NCBI GenBank assembly: GCA_022605425.2
Contig: CM061253.1
Coordinates: 434,001-498,000, forward strand
DNA length: 64,000 bases
Reading direction: 5' to 3'
DNA from: Hamiltosporidium tvaerminnensis FI-OER-3-3
Lineage: Eukaryota > Fungi > Microsporidia
Part shown: in pieces, positions 52,627 through 64,000 of the stretch
Layout: the number at the start of each line of letters is the position of its first letter
Position numbering within the stretch: the first letter of the stretch is position 1
Program-made: the position numbers and the translations under genes
The notes under the pieces: model-generated
The model's input: the letters and a program-made list of their open reading frames with translations, nothing else
Told to the model about the DNA's origin: nothing
The model's database searches: none

Positions 52627-53445
52627 ATGCTAGGCCATGATTACACTAGACGGCATAATGAAGTGGTTAGATGCCTACACCTTCTCCTTCTAAATAGATA
52701 TAAGTTTAAGTCTTCAAAACGAATAAGGAGCCCCTTAGTTCAAGAAATTCTTGATAATGAGTATGCAGAGATAAGAGTGGACACCAGAATTAAAACTGAT
52801 GTTAAAATTCGGAATAACAGACCGGACATATTTATTTTAGATAAGAAGAAGAATAAGATAACACTCATTGAAGTAGGAATCACTTCCCAAGATTCACTTC
52901 AAATAGTTGAAACTGAAAAACTTAGGAAGTATGACCTGCTAGCCAATGAGTTGGGCCTTATTTATAAGTGTAGTGTTGAGATAATCCCTTATGTGATGAC
53001 CTGGGACGGTATTGTGACAAAATACCATAAATCTCATCTTAAAAGACTAGAAATACCCATGAATGTAGAAGCATACATTCAGTCTATAGTACTTAAAAAG
53101 ACAGTCGAAACTATTTCCTTTGATCGACGAAGAGGACTTGAGTCAGGACTAAATGCCGAAGAGAGCTGGGAGAGAGCGTCAATGGGTGTTATTATGAGAT
53201 CAGAGATGCATGAGGAACCAATACCCCCTTTAAAAGAAGCGAAAACAGAGGAAGATGGTGCCAAAAATTTTAAACCAAACTATAAAGCCCCCTTTATTTT
53301 ACAAGGAGGAACCACTTTAGAGGAACCGACCAATAACATAAATGAAGAGTCGGATTTGGAAGAAGAGACAAAAGTGGTCAAAGAGGTAGAAGAAAACATG
53401 TAAAAATGGTAAAAAATATTTTAACCCAGAATTTTATTAAATAAA
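52627..53445 (+). mobile_element. 5'-truncated young R4-like LINE copy C with an 11-bp TSD
   Basis: Uninterrupted 258-aa frame (RHN, PD-(D/E)xK endonuclease, acidic tail). TAATAATTCAT at 52618-52628 and 53446-53456. Confidence 0.93.
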
Positions 53446-54029
53446 TAATAATTCATTTTTACTTTTCTCTTAAATTTATTTTTAAATACAAAAATAACAT
53501 TCTCTTCTCAAATAGTAATTTTTTTTAATTCATTTGTATTTCCAATTGGTTATAATTTAAACTTTATATTTTATTAGGAAAATAAAATAAAAAGAACGAA
53601 TAATGAGTAAAAGAATGAAGAGAAAAGAAGGGAATAAAGGTATAACATTTCAAAATACTTTAAATCGTATTTGTTTTTGTGGCTTACTCTTTTGGGTTTT
53701 ATTACCTTATATTTTAATTTATAATGAATTTTATATTTTTATAAAACAATGCATAACTTAACTTTAAAATATATTTGCGAAAACCACATGAAAATATGTA
53801 AAAGAGAAAAACTTTTATTCGAATTGCATTGTTTAAACCAAGAAGAAATAATCAGAAAACCATAAAAAGGTTCTTCAAAAGAAAAGTCTGAAATAAAACT
53901 TTTTTAAGCTTAAAAGTATATTTCTCTCAACTGAAAAATATTTTTTAATTTATTTAATAGAAATTCGGAATTTAATTTGTTTTAAAAATAACTAAGAAAT
54001 AAACCAAGTCATTCGTTCCTTGGTTTCTT

Positions 54030-55190
54030 TTAGAAAATTTCATTGTCATCTATACTTTCATAATCACTGAAATCATTGATTCCTTCTACTTTATATCTTA
54101 GAATACCGCCGATTCCTCCAAATGCTTCAACAAATTGTGTTCCTTCTGCACTTTTGTCTGTTACAAATATCAATTCACATCCAAATTCTTTATAATTCTC
54201 TGATATCCAATCTACAAAATCTTCTTCGTCTTTCTTGTCTGCAAGATTCTCCCACACAATCAAAGTTTCAATACATCCACTTTCAAGACACTGTATGGTA
54301 TCTTTTATACTGTAACAATATTTCCCGTCCAAAGCCATCTCTTCAAAAAATCTTTTTAGAATATTTTTTTCTTTACTGAGTTTTAACTCTTTAAGCACAT
54401 CTTCACTCAATTCTATGGCTTGATTTAACCCATTTTCTCCTCCATAATTCACATCTACAATTTTTACTATTTTTTCACGTATTTTATGATCCAAAACATC
54501 GCACGTTTTTAATTCATTTTTAAAATCAGAATGGCCTGCTAAAATCAACCCCTCCACATTTATTTTACTGTCTGTCAAATAAATACCATTCATAATCTCA
54601 GCTACTTTTTTAATGTAATTTAACCGCTTTTCTAATCTCAATCGAGCAAATCTTACACTCGATTGACCACCCCTTCCATGTTTCTTAGGAAGATCAACTG
54701 TAAGTTCTTGTAAAATTGTTTTAACATTTCCTTGTACAGTACTGAACAATGTGCTGTGTCCATCCATAACAATAATACCAAATTTACTTTCATCTTCATA
54801 TTGTCTAAGCAAATCATCAACATGAAATTTAGAATCACACATATATAAAGAAGTATTTATAGGTTTGATAGGTTCAATACCAATACTTACTTTCTTTTCT
54901 TTAGTATCTTCTACAACAGTACCTACATAAATAGCCAATCCATTGGTTGGTGTTTTACTGTAGGTTTTTAATTTTGCCTGTGCTGATACGATGGCACTCA
55001 ATACACTGTTTTTATTTACACGCGATTTTATATTTGAAGCAGTTCCATATTCGTCAGTAAGTAATCTAGTAGAACGGGATATACATTCTTTAGGTGGAAT
55101 TATCAAACTTATCATGCTTGTTCCATTTCCACGCGCATTTTTTAGATTTTTTAATATTTTTTTTGTTTTCCAAATTTGTACTTCATCCAT
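54030..55190 (-). CDS. SUP45: Eukaryotic peptide chain release factor subunit 1 (eRF1)
   Basis: GTS, TASNIKS, YMCDSKF (YxCxxxF), HGRGGQS, GFGGIGGILRY-like C-terminus; CCC motif upstream (GGG 55201-55203). Confidence 0.99.
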   Translation of the reverse strand: MDEVQIWKTKKILKNLKNARGNGTSMISLIIPPKECISRSTRLLTDEYGTASNIKSRVNKNSVLSAIVSAQAKLKTYSKTPTNGLAIYVGTVVEDTKEKKVSIGIEPIKPINTSLYMCDSKFHVDDLLRQYEDESKFGIIVMDGHSTLFSTVQGNVKTILQELTVDLPKKHGRGGQSSVRFARLRLEKRLNYIKKVAEIMNGIYLTDSKINVEGLILAGHSDFKNELKTCDVLDHKIREKIVKIVDVNYGGENGLNQAIELSEDVLKELKLSKEKNILKRFFEEMALDGKYCYSIKDTIQCLESGCIETLIVWENLADKKDEEDFVDWISENYKEFGCELIFVTDKSAEGTQFVEAFGGIGGILRYKVEGINDFSDYESIDDNEIF

Positions 55191-55391
55191 TTTTCTGAGA
55201 GGGTCGTTTTTACTAGTAGCGTATTTTTAAAAATAACAAGAAATTATTAGTAGATTATTTTCTTGAAAATAAAAAATTTATATTTTTGAAAAAAAAGTCA
55301 TCGAAAAATAATATTTGATATTTCAAAGGATTTAGATTTATACTTGAATAAGGGTATTTGGATATTTTAAATGGTTTTGAAAAAATGTAAA

Positions 55392-57226
55392 TTTTATTTT
55401 TAAAAACTATATCACATCTGATTATGAAAGAAGGTTTTATATCGTTTTGATGATATTAACGCAGTTCAAGGTTTAACAGTAAAATCGATACTAATTCCCA
55501 ACACTACACCAGTATCTCATTAGATGATTACATTCAAAAGCCATAATTTAAAATGTGTGTATAAATCTTTTAAAAGAAATATGCAGTTTTCTGAATTTAT
55601 TAATTTCCGTTTTTTGAAGTAATATCGCAGGTTTAAACATACCTTAAGCTTTTAAAAACCAGCAACATTCTCACTTACTCTACACTTCTGGAATAAATCG
55701 ACTTCAGCCAAGATGAATATCTACGATTTATCCGGGACACTCAGATATTGCGTTATCATACCCAAATCTATAGTCTGCTACATAGGGTTTATGACTTTTT
55801 GAAAAATATATTTTTCGTCGCTTCCTAACACTTACTAGTCAATGAGATTACGCATATTAAGAGCTATAGTTTCATTTTTATAAAATTCCATCTATCATGA
55901 TCAAGCACTTCTCATTTTTCGTTCGTCTATACCAAGGGTCTCCAAACTTTTTGGCTCGCGGCCACATTGATTTCCGAAAAAAAGTCCCGCTGGTCAAGAT
56001 CCCATTACTTTTTATGCCACCATACTGAAAAATATTTCTGTAATTTTAATTATTTATGTTTTTAATTTTTAAATTTTTAGAGTTTCATATAGATGTTCCT
56101 ACAAATAAACATATATAGTAACGATATTTCAATATAAAAAGAGACAAATAAATTATTGAAAAATAATAATGTCTTCAAGCCATGTTATTCAATTACTTTA
56201 ATAAATTTTCTCGAGGTTTTATTTCCGCTTTCGGCTCTGCCTATTTGTGCGAAGGAACATTCTCTAAAAAAGAAATATACAAACAGCACTTACAGATCTA
56301 AATTAACAGATAAGCACTTGAAGTCGTTAGTGGTAATTCTTACCAGTAAATTTAATTCACAATTTCAACAAATTATCACCTAAAAATCACAACTACATCA
56401 ATCTCATTAATAATCAATTAGCTATATATTTTCTATAATTTTATTCTGATTTTTTAGTATAAAATAATAAAAAAATAATTGCTAATTTCAAAAAAAATAC
56501 TGAAAACTCTATGAATCTTCTTTTTATTACAAATTAATGACTAAATTATCTATAATTGCAATTCTTTTTGTATGATTAAACTATATTTTTTTATGTAATT
56601 ACCTCATTTAAAAAAAAATAGCTTAATAAAAAAATTGTGGCAGCCCCGAAACATGTGGCTTTGGGCTGAATGAAAAGTGTCCGCAGGTTGAATTTTAGAG
56701 ACCCCTGGTCTATACAAAGGTTACTGAGATCTTTTTTAATATGATCTAGGTATCTAGTTTTGAGACCACCTGGAAATCTTCGTCCTTAAGGATTTAAAAT
56801 ACACATTGGTTTCAATACTCTGCTTTCTTACATTCTTTCAGGATGATTCAGCTATGGAGTCTGATTTTTTTAACTTCGTTTACTAATCATGTATTTCAAT
56901 ATAAATTTTGTAGCTTTTTGATGCTACAAGATCCATAACATGAAGTCATCTAACCTGGGTAGCAAGGCTCGATTTCAATGCCTTTTCATGGCACTTACCT
57001 ACAAATTCAATCACAGTCTGAAATCTAGTTACATAAAAAACTACAAATAAACTTTTAGAAAAAATTTCGCTATTTTGTAGATCATCTTCTACTTATCCAA
57101 ACTTCCATGGAACAACAGAAGATTTAGTGTAGTTTTATTTCCACCCAAAACAACAAGCAATGATTTTCAGATCACTTCCATATACCCATAGCCAAGGGAA
57201 TAGTTTTTTATGCGGTCATACCCCTC
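55392..57226 (-). mobile_element. Diverged long variant of the structured repeat, interrupted by a hAT MITE
   Basis: 55392-55720 matches the family 3' part (ATTAACGCAGTTC, CACTTACTCTACACTT) and 56945-57226 matches the head (GTTACATAAAAAACTACAAAT, AGTTTTTTATGCGGT). About 330 nt of extra sequence lies in the variable slot. Confidence 0.8.
55933..56707 (+). mobile_element. Non-autonomous hAT (Buster-type) element, 775 bp
   Basis: TIRs CAAGGGTCTCCAAACTT / AATTTTAGAGACCCCTG. 8-bp TSD GTCTATAC (55925-55932, 56708-56715) with central TA. Internal relic SAFGSAYLCEGTFS/KYTNSTYRSKLTDKHL is the hAT dimerisation domain. Confidence 0.93.
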
Positions 57227-57502
57227 AACTATTAAAAAACCAAATTTAAATTTAAAAAACTGTAATTTACATTAGAAAAAGTATTTAGAAAACCTTAAAA
57301 AATATTCAATTTTTTTTTTAAATTGAGCTAACGAGGTAATATAAACAAATTTATTTAAAAACGTATTTGTGTTGTATTAATATGTGATACAAATAAATTG
57401 AATGGCTTTAAAATACAAATTCTTGAATATAAGTGTATTTCATTTTATCATTAATAAAATACAATTTATATTTTTCTATCTATTTTTGGTTTCGAATCAA
57501 TT

Positions 57503-57642
57503 TTAAAATAAACTATTTAAACTGTAAAACCTCCTAAAAATGGTAAAAAAAAATATTTAAAATTTGCAACTTTATTTAAAATAAACTATTTAAACTGTAA
57601 AACCTCCTAAAAATGGTAAAAAAAATATTTAAAATTTGCAAC
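57503..57642. repeat. Tandem duplication of about 70 bp
   Basis: AAAATAAACTATTTAAACTGTAAAACCTCCTAAAAATGGTAAAA..TATTTAAAATTTGCAAC occurs twice. Confidence 0.9.
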
Positions 57643-57835
57643 AAATTTATTTAAAGAAATAGAATTTATTAAGTAAAAAATCGAAAATAAATTGTTTTAG
57701 TTTAATCTTCAATTAAATTTTTAAAAGTAGTTTTTAATATTCCTTTAGAAATCAAAAATAAATTTTGTTATAAATAATTCTTTAAATTTACTGGTAAAAT
57801 ACATTATAAATAGTCATTTAAATTTACAAAAATAT

Positions 57836-58237
57836 CTAAGCATTTCCTCTACTAATTTCTTGGTATTTAATCAACAGCATTTTTAATTTTTCAAATTTAA
57901 AAGCATTTTTAGCTGTCGGGTACTTAAGTCGCTGTCCTAAATTAAAATGTCCCAAAATTTTAGAAAAACTTTTATTCCAATTCATCTTGTTAAAACCAAG
58001 ACTAGAGGCAAGAAATACTGGTGGATGTATAGGTTCTTTACCAATTATTTCAAGTATTTTTTGATCAATATCTCTCATTTCTCTTAAATTATATGTGTTT
58101 AGTTCACCAAAATGTAATCTTATTATGTCATTTCTTTGTTTTTTATATTCGTCTATATTTTTTAATATGTTTTCGTATTTTACCAACAAAATTTGTTTTT
58201 TTCCAAATTTTTCTAATTTTTCTTTTTTATTCTCCAT
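57836..58237 (-). CDS. Hypothetical protein, 133 aa
   Basis: Clean ATG ORF with CCC motif upstream (GGG 58246-58248); no family recognised. Confidence 0.7.
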   Translation of the reverse strand: MENKKEKLEKFGKKQILLVKYENILKNIDEYKKQRNDIIRLHFGELNTYNLREMRDIDQKILEIIGKEPIHPPVFLASSLGFNKMNWNKSFSKILGHFNLGQRLKYPTAKNAFKFEKLKMLLIKYQEISRGNA

Positions 58238-58604
58238 TAATAAATGGGATTTAAAAAATATTTAAAGAGATTTAAAAAAAAATGTATTTAGAAAATTATT
58301 TGGATTTGTAGCAATTGGGATTCAAAAAGATGAAATTTTATAAAAATAATTAAATATTTGTTAAAAATAGGATACAAATAGATTTAAAATAATTTAAAAA
58401 TAATTTTAAGTGATTTATAAATTTATATCATAAAATTTTTAATACATCTTTAATAATCGATATTATTGGTAATTGTTGTATTTGTAGCTTGAAATACTTT
58501 GCTTAGTAGTTAAATAAATAAAAAAGATATTAATTTGAATATGAGATGACCAATCATAAAATTTATCTCAGAAATATTCTAATGTATCCTATGATTCCAT
58601 ATAC

Positions 58605-58935
58605 TAATTAATCTAAAAAAAATTGACCAATCAAATTATTTATTGTTGTAAAGGAGTTATTAACTTGAATTATAAATATTAATTAATCTTAAAAAAATTG
58701 ACCAATCAAATTATTTATTGTTGTAAAGGAGTTATTAACTTGAATTATAAATATTAATTAGATTAAAAAAATTGACCAATCAAATTATTTATTGTTGTAA
58801 AGGAGCTATTAACTTGAATTATAAATATTAATTAGATTAAAAAAATTGACCAATCAAATTATTTATTGTTGTAAAGGAGTTATTAACTTGAATTATAAAT
58901 ATTAATTAGATTAAAAAAATTGACCAATCAAATAT
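58605..58935. repeat. 74-75-bp minisatellite, each unit with a CCAAT box
   Basis: TGACCAATCA at 58624, 58699, 58773, 58847 and 58921 (also 58547). Confidence 0.92.
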
Positions 58936-59454
58936 GGATAAATTATTAAAACTACTCAATGATTTCATATATCAATTTGATGATAAAATTGATTATAGAA
59001 ATGATCAGCTAGGCGATCGTAACAATATTTATGCAATATAGTTTTGCTCGTTGTATTTGAATACATAATTCGAATCAAAGGAATAAAATTTGTTTTAATT
59101 ATCCTAAATATTATTAAATTACAGATAAATTTAACAAAAATATCTTTAAAATAAAGAACTCCTATTTATAAATTAAAAAAAAATTTGTATTTTTCCAATA
59201 TAAATGATGATTGAGTTTTAAGAATATTTTATTAGATATGAAAATAATGGCTGTAGAATGTTTATTTAGAATCAATAAAAATGTATTTTTCAATTCAATT
59301 TAGGAAACATAAGCATTTATTGATCTATAAATATAGTAATTAACGAGTAAAAAAAGTATTTGATTAGATTAAATTACATTTATAAAATGATTGGCTAAAA
59401 TTTGAAAAATTCTCCTTTAAACTTTTAATAAAAAAAAGCCGCTTAGAATTACAA

Positions 59455-60099
59455 ATGGGAAATAAAAAGTCAATTCTGACTGCTATAGCAATATTATCGC
59501 TCACTGTGATATTAATTATGTGTGTTATAGCTCATATGGAATATAAAAAAGGTAAAAAATATTTTAATGATCAGATTCTAAATTTTATAGGTGAAAATAA
59601 AGATAAATTTGAAATTGATTATGAATTCATATCTTTGAATCATATAGAGTGTATGAAGAGTATTAAATTATGTTTTTATGAAAGTAATGAAGATTTAAGC
59701 AATATTGAAAAATTATTTAAAGAAAATGTAGATTTTAAAAAAATTACAGATAAATTAGATAAATTGAAAATAGTGAATGAATCTGAATTACCAATTGATG
59801 CGTTGATTGATAAATTTAGTTTTTCTAATAATTTTTTTTCCAGATTAGGTTTTTTTATGTATGATAAGAACTCTCCAATTATGAAATTGAAAGGAACCGG
59901 TAATTATGTTTTTAATAAAACTGATTCTAATACCAAATATCAAATTTGGTTTTTTATTCTTCCAAAGAATAAAAACGTAGAAATTTATGTCTTTACCTTG
60001 GATAAGAAAAACGTAGATAAAAATAATTTTACCATTAAAAATTTCGAAAATACACCCGAAAATGTTAAGAAACACCTAACTTACTTATTCTCACATTGA
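59455..60099 (+). CDS. Hypothetical protein with N-terminal TM anchor or signal, 214 aa
   Basis: Clean ORF, ILTAIAILSLTVILIMCVIA hydrophobic helix. Confidence 0.8.
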   Translation: MGNKKSILTAIAILSLTVILIMCVIAHMEYKKGKKYFNDQILNFIGENKDKFEIDYEFISLNHIECMKSIKLCFYESNEDLSNIEKLFKENVDFKKITDKLDKLKIVNESELPIDALIDKFSFSNNFFSRLGFFMYDKNSPIMKLKGTGNYVFNKTDSNTKYQIWFFILPKNKNVEIYVFTLDKKNVDKNNFTIKNFENTPENVKKHLTYLFSH

Positions 60100-60839
60100 T
60101 AATTTCGGTTAAGAACTAAAACTTGGAATTTTATCCAAGATTAAAGAATCTTTAAAAAGACATAATAATCTAAAAACAATCATGATAATTTATTTTATTT
60201 GGTACTTTTGTGTAAGATTTGTAATTAAAATACTTATTTTGCTCGATTTATTTTTATATTTTTAATTAATCTTAGTTGTCATCTGATATTTAATTGTTTT
60301 CTATCCAAATCACACAGTAATTTTTTTGACATATTCATATATTATCATCTGTTATTCTACTAATTTTATGTCTTAAATTCAATATTAAAATTTGGTATAA
60401 AAATTTTTTTATTTAAAATTAAATTAACAATTTAGTAATTACCATTCAAAATATTAACTTTAATCACCTTTTTAAATTAGTATGTATTAGTATATCCTTA
60501 TTAAAGTGTGAGTTTTTCGTATCTAACACTATTTCCAAGACATCTCATTGTTCTTTTTCATAGTTTATATGGCCTAATTATTGGAAATTGGTTCTTACAA
60601 CCGATTCAAGCTATGCCGATATTTGAAGCGAAATCCATAAATTTCAAGATAAAATCAAAATTACTTGGTTTTTTTTCCAACAAATCATTACATAAATAAT
60701 TTTTGTGTTGTAATTTATAGATAACTTAATTACTTATTCCGTTCCTCTTTTAACTCTCTGTATCGCGGATGATCAAATGATCATTTGTTTCTTTTAATCT
60801 GTAAAATTCATGAATATAGAGGATTGGCTTATGGATCCA

Positions 60840-60937
60840 GCGTGGTTTATATCCCACCAAAATCTCGACAATGATTTTAAAATAATTCTAGATACTCATT
60901 GCCAATCAGATGGTTTTTAATGTGGTTATCTTGCCTC
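60840..60937 (-). repeat. 5'-terminal fragment of the structured repeat
   Basis: GTGGTTTATATCCCACCAAAATC...ACTCATTGCCAATCAGATGGTTTTTAATGTGGTTATC matches 6606-6700. Confidence 0.75.
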
Positions 60938-63367
60938 AATATTTTAAAGATAAGCTACTGTTCATTAATCTGCATTTTATTCCTTTGCAATTTATAAAAT
61001 CTAAGTTATTTTGTATTTTCGCATTCTGTAAGAAAAACTTTCTTATAATTATCTAAATCATATAGATTTAAAGTAGCTACAAAACACCAATTAAATACTG
61101 TTTTTTCAAAAAAACAAAATATTTTCGCTCAATATTTTAATAAATTGTTCAGCAGAATGTTTAAGTTTGTTTAGAATATACTTATTTATACCAAATTAGG
61201 AAATTTTTAAATTATTAAAAATTTCTGGTATAAAATCTAGTTAGTATATTCATTTTAAAGTTTTCAGATAAAATCAGCTTTTTTTATTTAATCAAACTTA
61301 AATTTTAATAGAGTCGACTAGATTTTAGTGCTATATTGTTCCTACTATAAAATCAATCAATTTATATTCGACAAGCTTTTTTACTCGTTTTTGTTGGTTC
61401 AAAGTAATTTTTTTGTAGACAGTGTTCCTGTTCTGTTTAGGCTACCTTTTTAAGGATAAAAGATTAAGGTTTTATAAATGAAACAAAGTAATTATTGTAA
61501 AGTTTGGCACTCGAGCTTCATAAACTCAAGAAGAAATCTAATCGATAATTCCTTTTTTAATGCAGAGGTCTACAAGAATTCTTTTATATTCTAAATTTTT
61601 TTCTATTCCATCAAATAAATTTTATGATTTTAATTTCGATTTTTCCTAACTGATGCTTTGTTTGTAAATTCAATTGAAAATTATGTTCACGAACCTAATA
61701 TACTATTTGAGCTTATGATGGTACTTATTACGTCATATTTTCAAAAGAAGTAATAATTCATATATTATATATTTTCAGACACATCTGTGAATTTCATAGT
61801 TTATTTTAAACAGAATTCTTATTTTAATTGCAAATTGTTTAATTTGATGGTTTTAGAGTTTTGTATGTTCACGACCCTTAAGGTGTCATTACTATAGAGA
61901 TGATTCTCTTTCGGAATTTTTATTTCTACATCATATATTTTTCTTCTGCCGAGCTTAATAAATTTTTATAGTTTGTCGGTTTATACCAAAAAAAAGATGA
62001 AAAGCTACAAAATCATCTTTAATATTGCACTTTCAAGATATTTTAAACAAAACCACACCTAAATTTTGATTTTACACAAATAAATATACTGAATCCTCGT
62101 ATTAAAATTCAAAGAAATGTTATGTAAATAGAATTATTACATTTACTTTTTTTGCGACATTTTAAGTTAAATATGCATTAATATAATTATAATTTTTAGA
62201 AAACATTTTTTTTCAAGAATTTAAATTTTAATGTTGTATTAAATTTAAAATCAAATTTGTATTTATTAAAGAAGTATTTTATACCAACCGAATTACTTAA
62301 GCTCTTCGAAAAATTTCATTCTTTGAATATTTAATTATAAGAAGTATATATGATCAGCTTATTAAATTCAAATGTGTATCTATCATATTATGCTTAATTT
62401 CAAAGGTATATAATTTATAAAAACTTACAATAAAGAGCCCATCTTATTTCTTGTTACGTCACTTTGATAAAACTCTTGCCATAATTTAGGATATTGATAT
62501 TTTGTTTCTTAACCAATCTATGTTTTCTTAAGATTATTCATGGATTTTCATGCGATTTATTATTGTATCGATCACATACTTCAACCATTGCTTATTATAA
62601 AAATAAAGTAAAATGAGCCATGCGATTCAAACAGCAATTCATAAAATTATAGACGCTCAAAATTTTTAAATCCAAGAATCGCCGGGAAGCATATTTAGCG
62701 AGAGAAACCATTTATGACCATTTTGCTGCTATATACAGCAACTTGGAAATATTTGAAAGTACAGGGCTAATATCGAGGAACATGATAATGGTAATACAGT
62801 CATAGAATCAAATTTAACTAAATACTTTGTAAAATAAAAAAAATGCCGATGTTAATGGTACCAAAACCAAAGCTGTTTCTTAAGATCTTGCTATTCTTGC
62901 AGGAGTTTTGATAAACAAAAATATAAGGAAGTCAAAATTCAGGGCGTTGTCCAAGGCTGTTATTTGGAACGTTGTTGAGCTTGTTAGTGATAATTTTTTT
63001 TGCTTTAAACGAAACAACGAAGTGTGTATTTGGAAAAGAATCTCACACAAAGTATCCAGTGTATAATCAATTATCTAAAATGGATTTTCTTCATTTATTC
63101 CATTTTATTTCTTTTCTTACTATTTTTTCACTCTATTCGACTTTTATACTATTTTACTGTTATTTGAGTAAATTATGGCTTAAATTGAATTTGAATTTTA
63201 TATTATATAATTTCAGTTGATAACACCAAGGTTAAAATAATATTCCCACCTTTAATCATTTACTTCACTCTCTTTAACCATCATTTTTTCTTCTTATGAA
63301 TCCAATTCTTCATTTATATTTATTTTCAGTTTCCCTAGTGGGTTTCTCTCATCTGAAATAAAATATA

Positions 63368-64000
63368 CTCCCTCTGTCCGGAAATATGGTATACATTTCA
63401 AAAAAACTGTAGATTATCGTGAATATAAAAAATAAATAGGCAACCGTCATGATATTGACATAGTAAATATTCATGACAATATAACCGAAAATATTTGACT
63501 TTAGTAATATCATTCTTAGTTAAAAAGTTACCGCTCTAAAATCAGTGTTTCTTAAGTTAAAAAAATTAGTACCGCTGCAAGACGAATATGGAAAACGTGG
63601 AAGGAAATTTGTTGAATTCAGAAAAAAGAGATTAAAAATATAAAGAGTTCCCTAAAGAACAACGTCAAGGTATTTTAGAAAAATTATTACAGCAGATGAA
63701 GGAGAATAAGTTAAATCACGGTGCCATCAACGAAGTTTCTCCTGCTTTTCAAGTCTCCCGGCTAAACTTTTGCAGAATTTGGCATGCAGCACAAACAATA
63801 CAGAAAGGGCAAGATATATGCCGATGTTTCTTCAAAAAAGAAAAAAAAATGCCGAAGAAAACCTAAAGAATATTTAAACAATTTAGCGCAAATAAAGAAT
63901 ACACCATTAAAACGTCAGGAACGCCCTGCAGTCTTTTCTTTGCAATTGTATTCCAAATAGACTTTGTTTGATATATTCAAGTCGGGAAAGTATATCAAGA
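63368..64000 (+). mobile_element. Tc1/mariner element of the DD39D (plant-mariner/Stowaway-like) type; left end and decayed transposase N-terminus
   Basis: TA followed by TIR CTCCCTCTGTCC. From ATG 63588: EQRQGILEKLLQQMKENKLNHGAINEVSPAFQVSRLNFCRIW / ADVSSKKKKKCRRK...IKNTPLKRQ, with a stop and a frameshift. Confidence 0.8.

Noticed and set aside
62600-62990. Possible L1/Tx1 3' relic (ETIYDHF, SKAVIW)
   Set aside because: Too short and decayed to call without a profile search.

Overview
Very AT-rich eukaryotic DNA, most likely from a large-genome microsporidian (Hamiltosporidium-like). This is an inference from the compact 386-aa eRF1, CCC motifs just upstream of start codons, and low-complexity LEGV/HPVN-type inserts. 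Intact genes are few and lie in the last quarter: a tandem-CWCH2 C2H2 zinc-finger gene, BAP31, eRF1 and two hypothetical genes. The rest is mostly decayed mobile DNA: (1) at least six copies of an RLE-type (R4/Dong-like) non-LTR retrotransposon; (2) a decayed RTE LINE abutting a UBA1 3' fragment; (3) internally deleted Ty3/Gypsy elements; (4) a hAT/Buster MITE with an 8-bp TSD; (5) a DD39D-type mariner. There are also pseudogenes of an expanded LRR-like secreted family and several tandem arrays. The most notable signal is a non-coding repeat family of about 720 nt with at least 8 full or partial copies. It has strand-specific, pairing-preserving stems (including a cUUCGg tetraloop), a 14-bp TSD on one copy, a LINE-like 3' tail, no tRNA/5S/7SL head, and one variable slot that carries different cargo in different copies. 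It is a candidate new structured-RNA retroelement (SINE-like) system. All alignments were done by eye.
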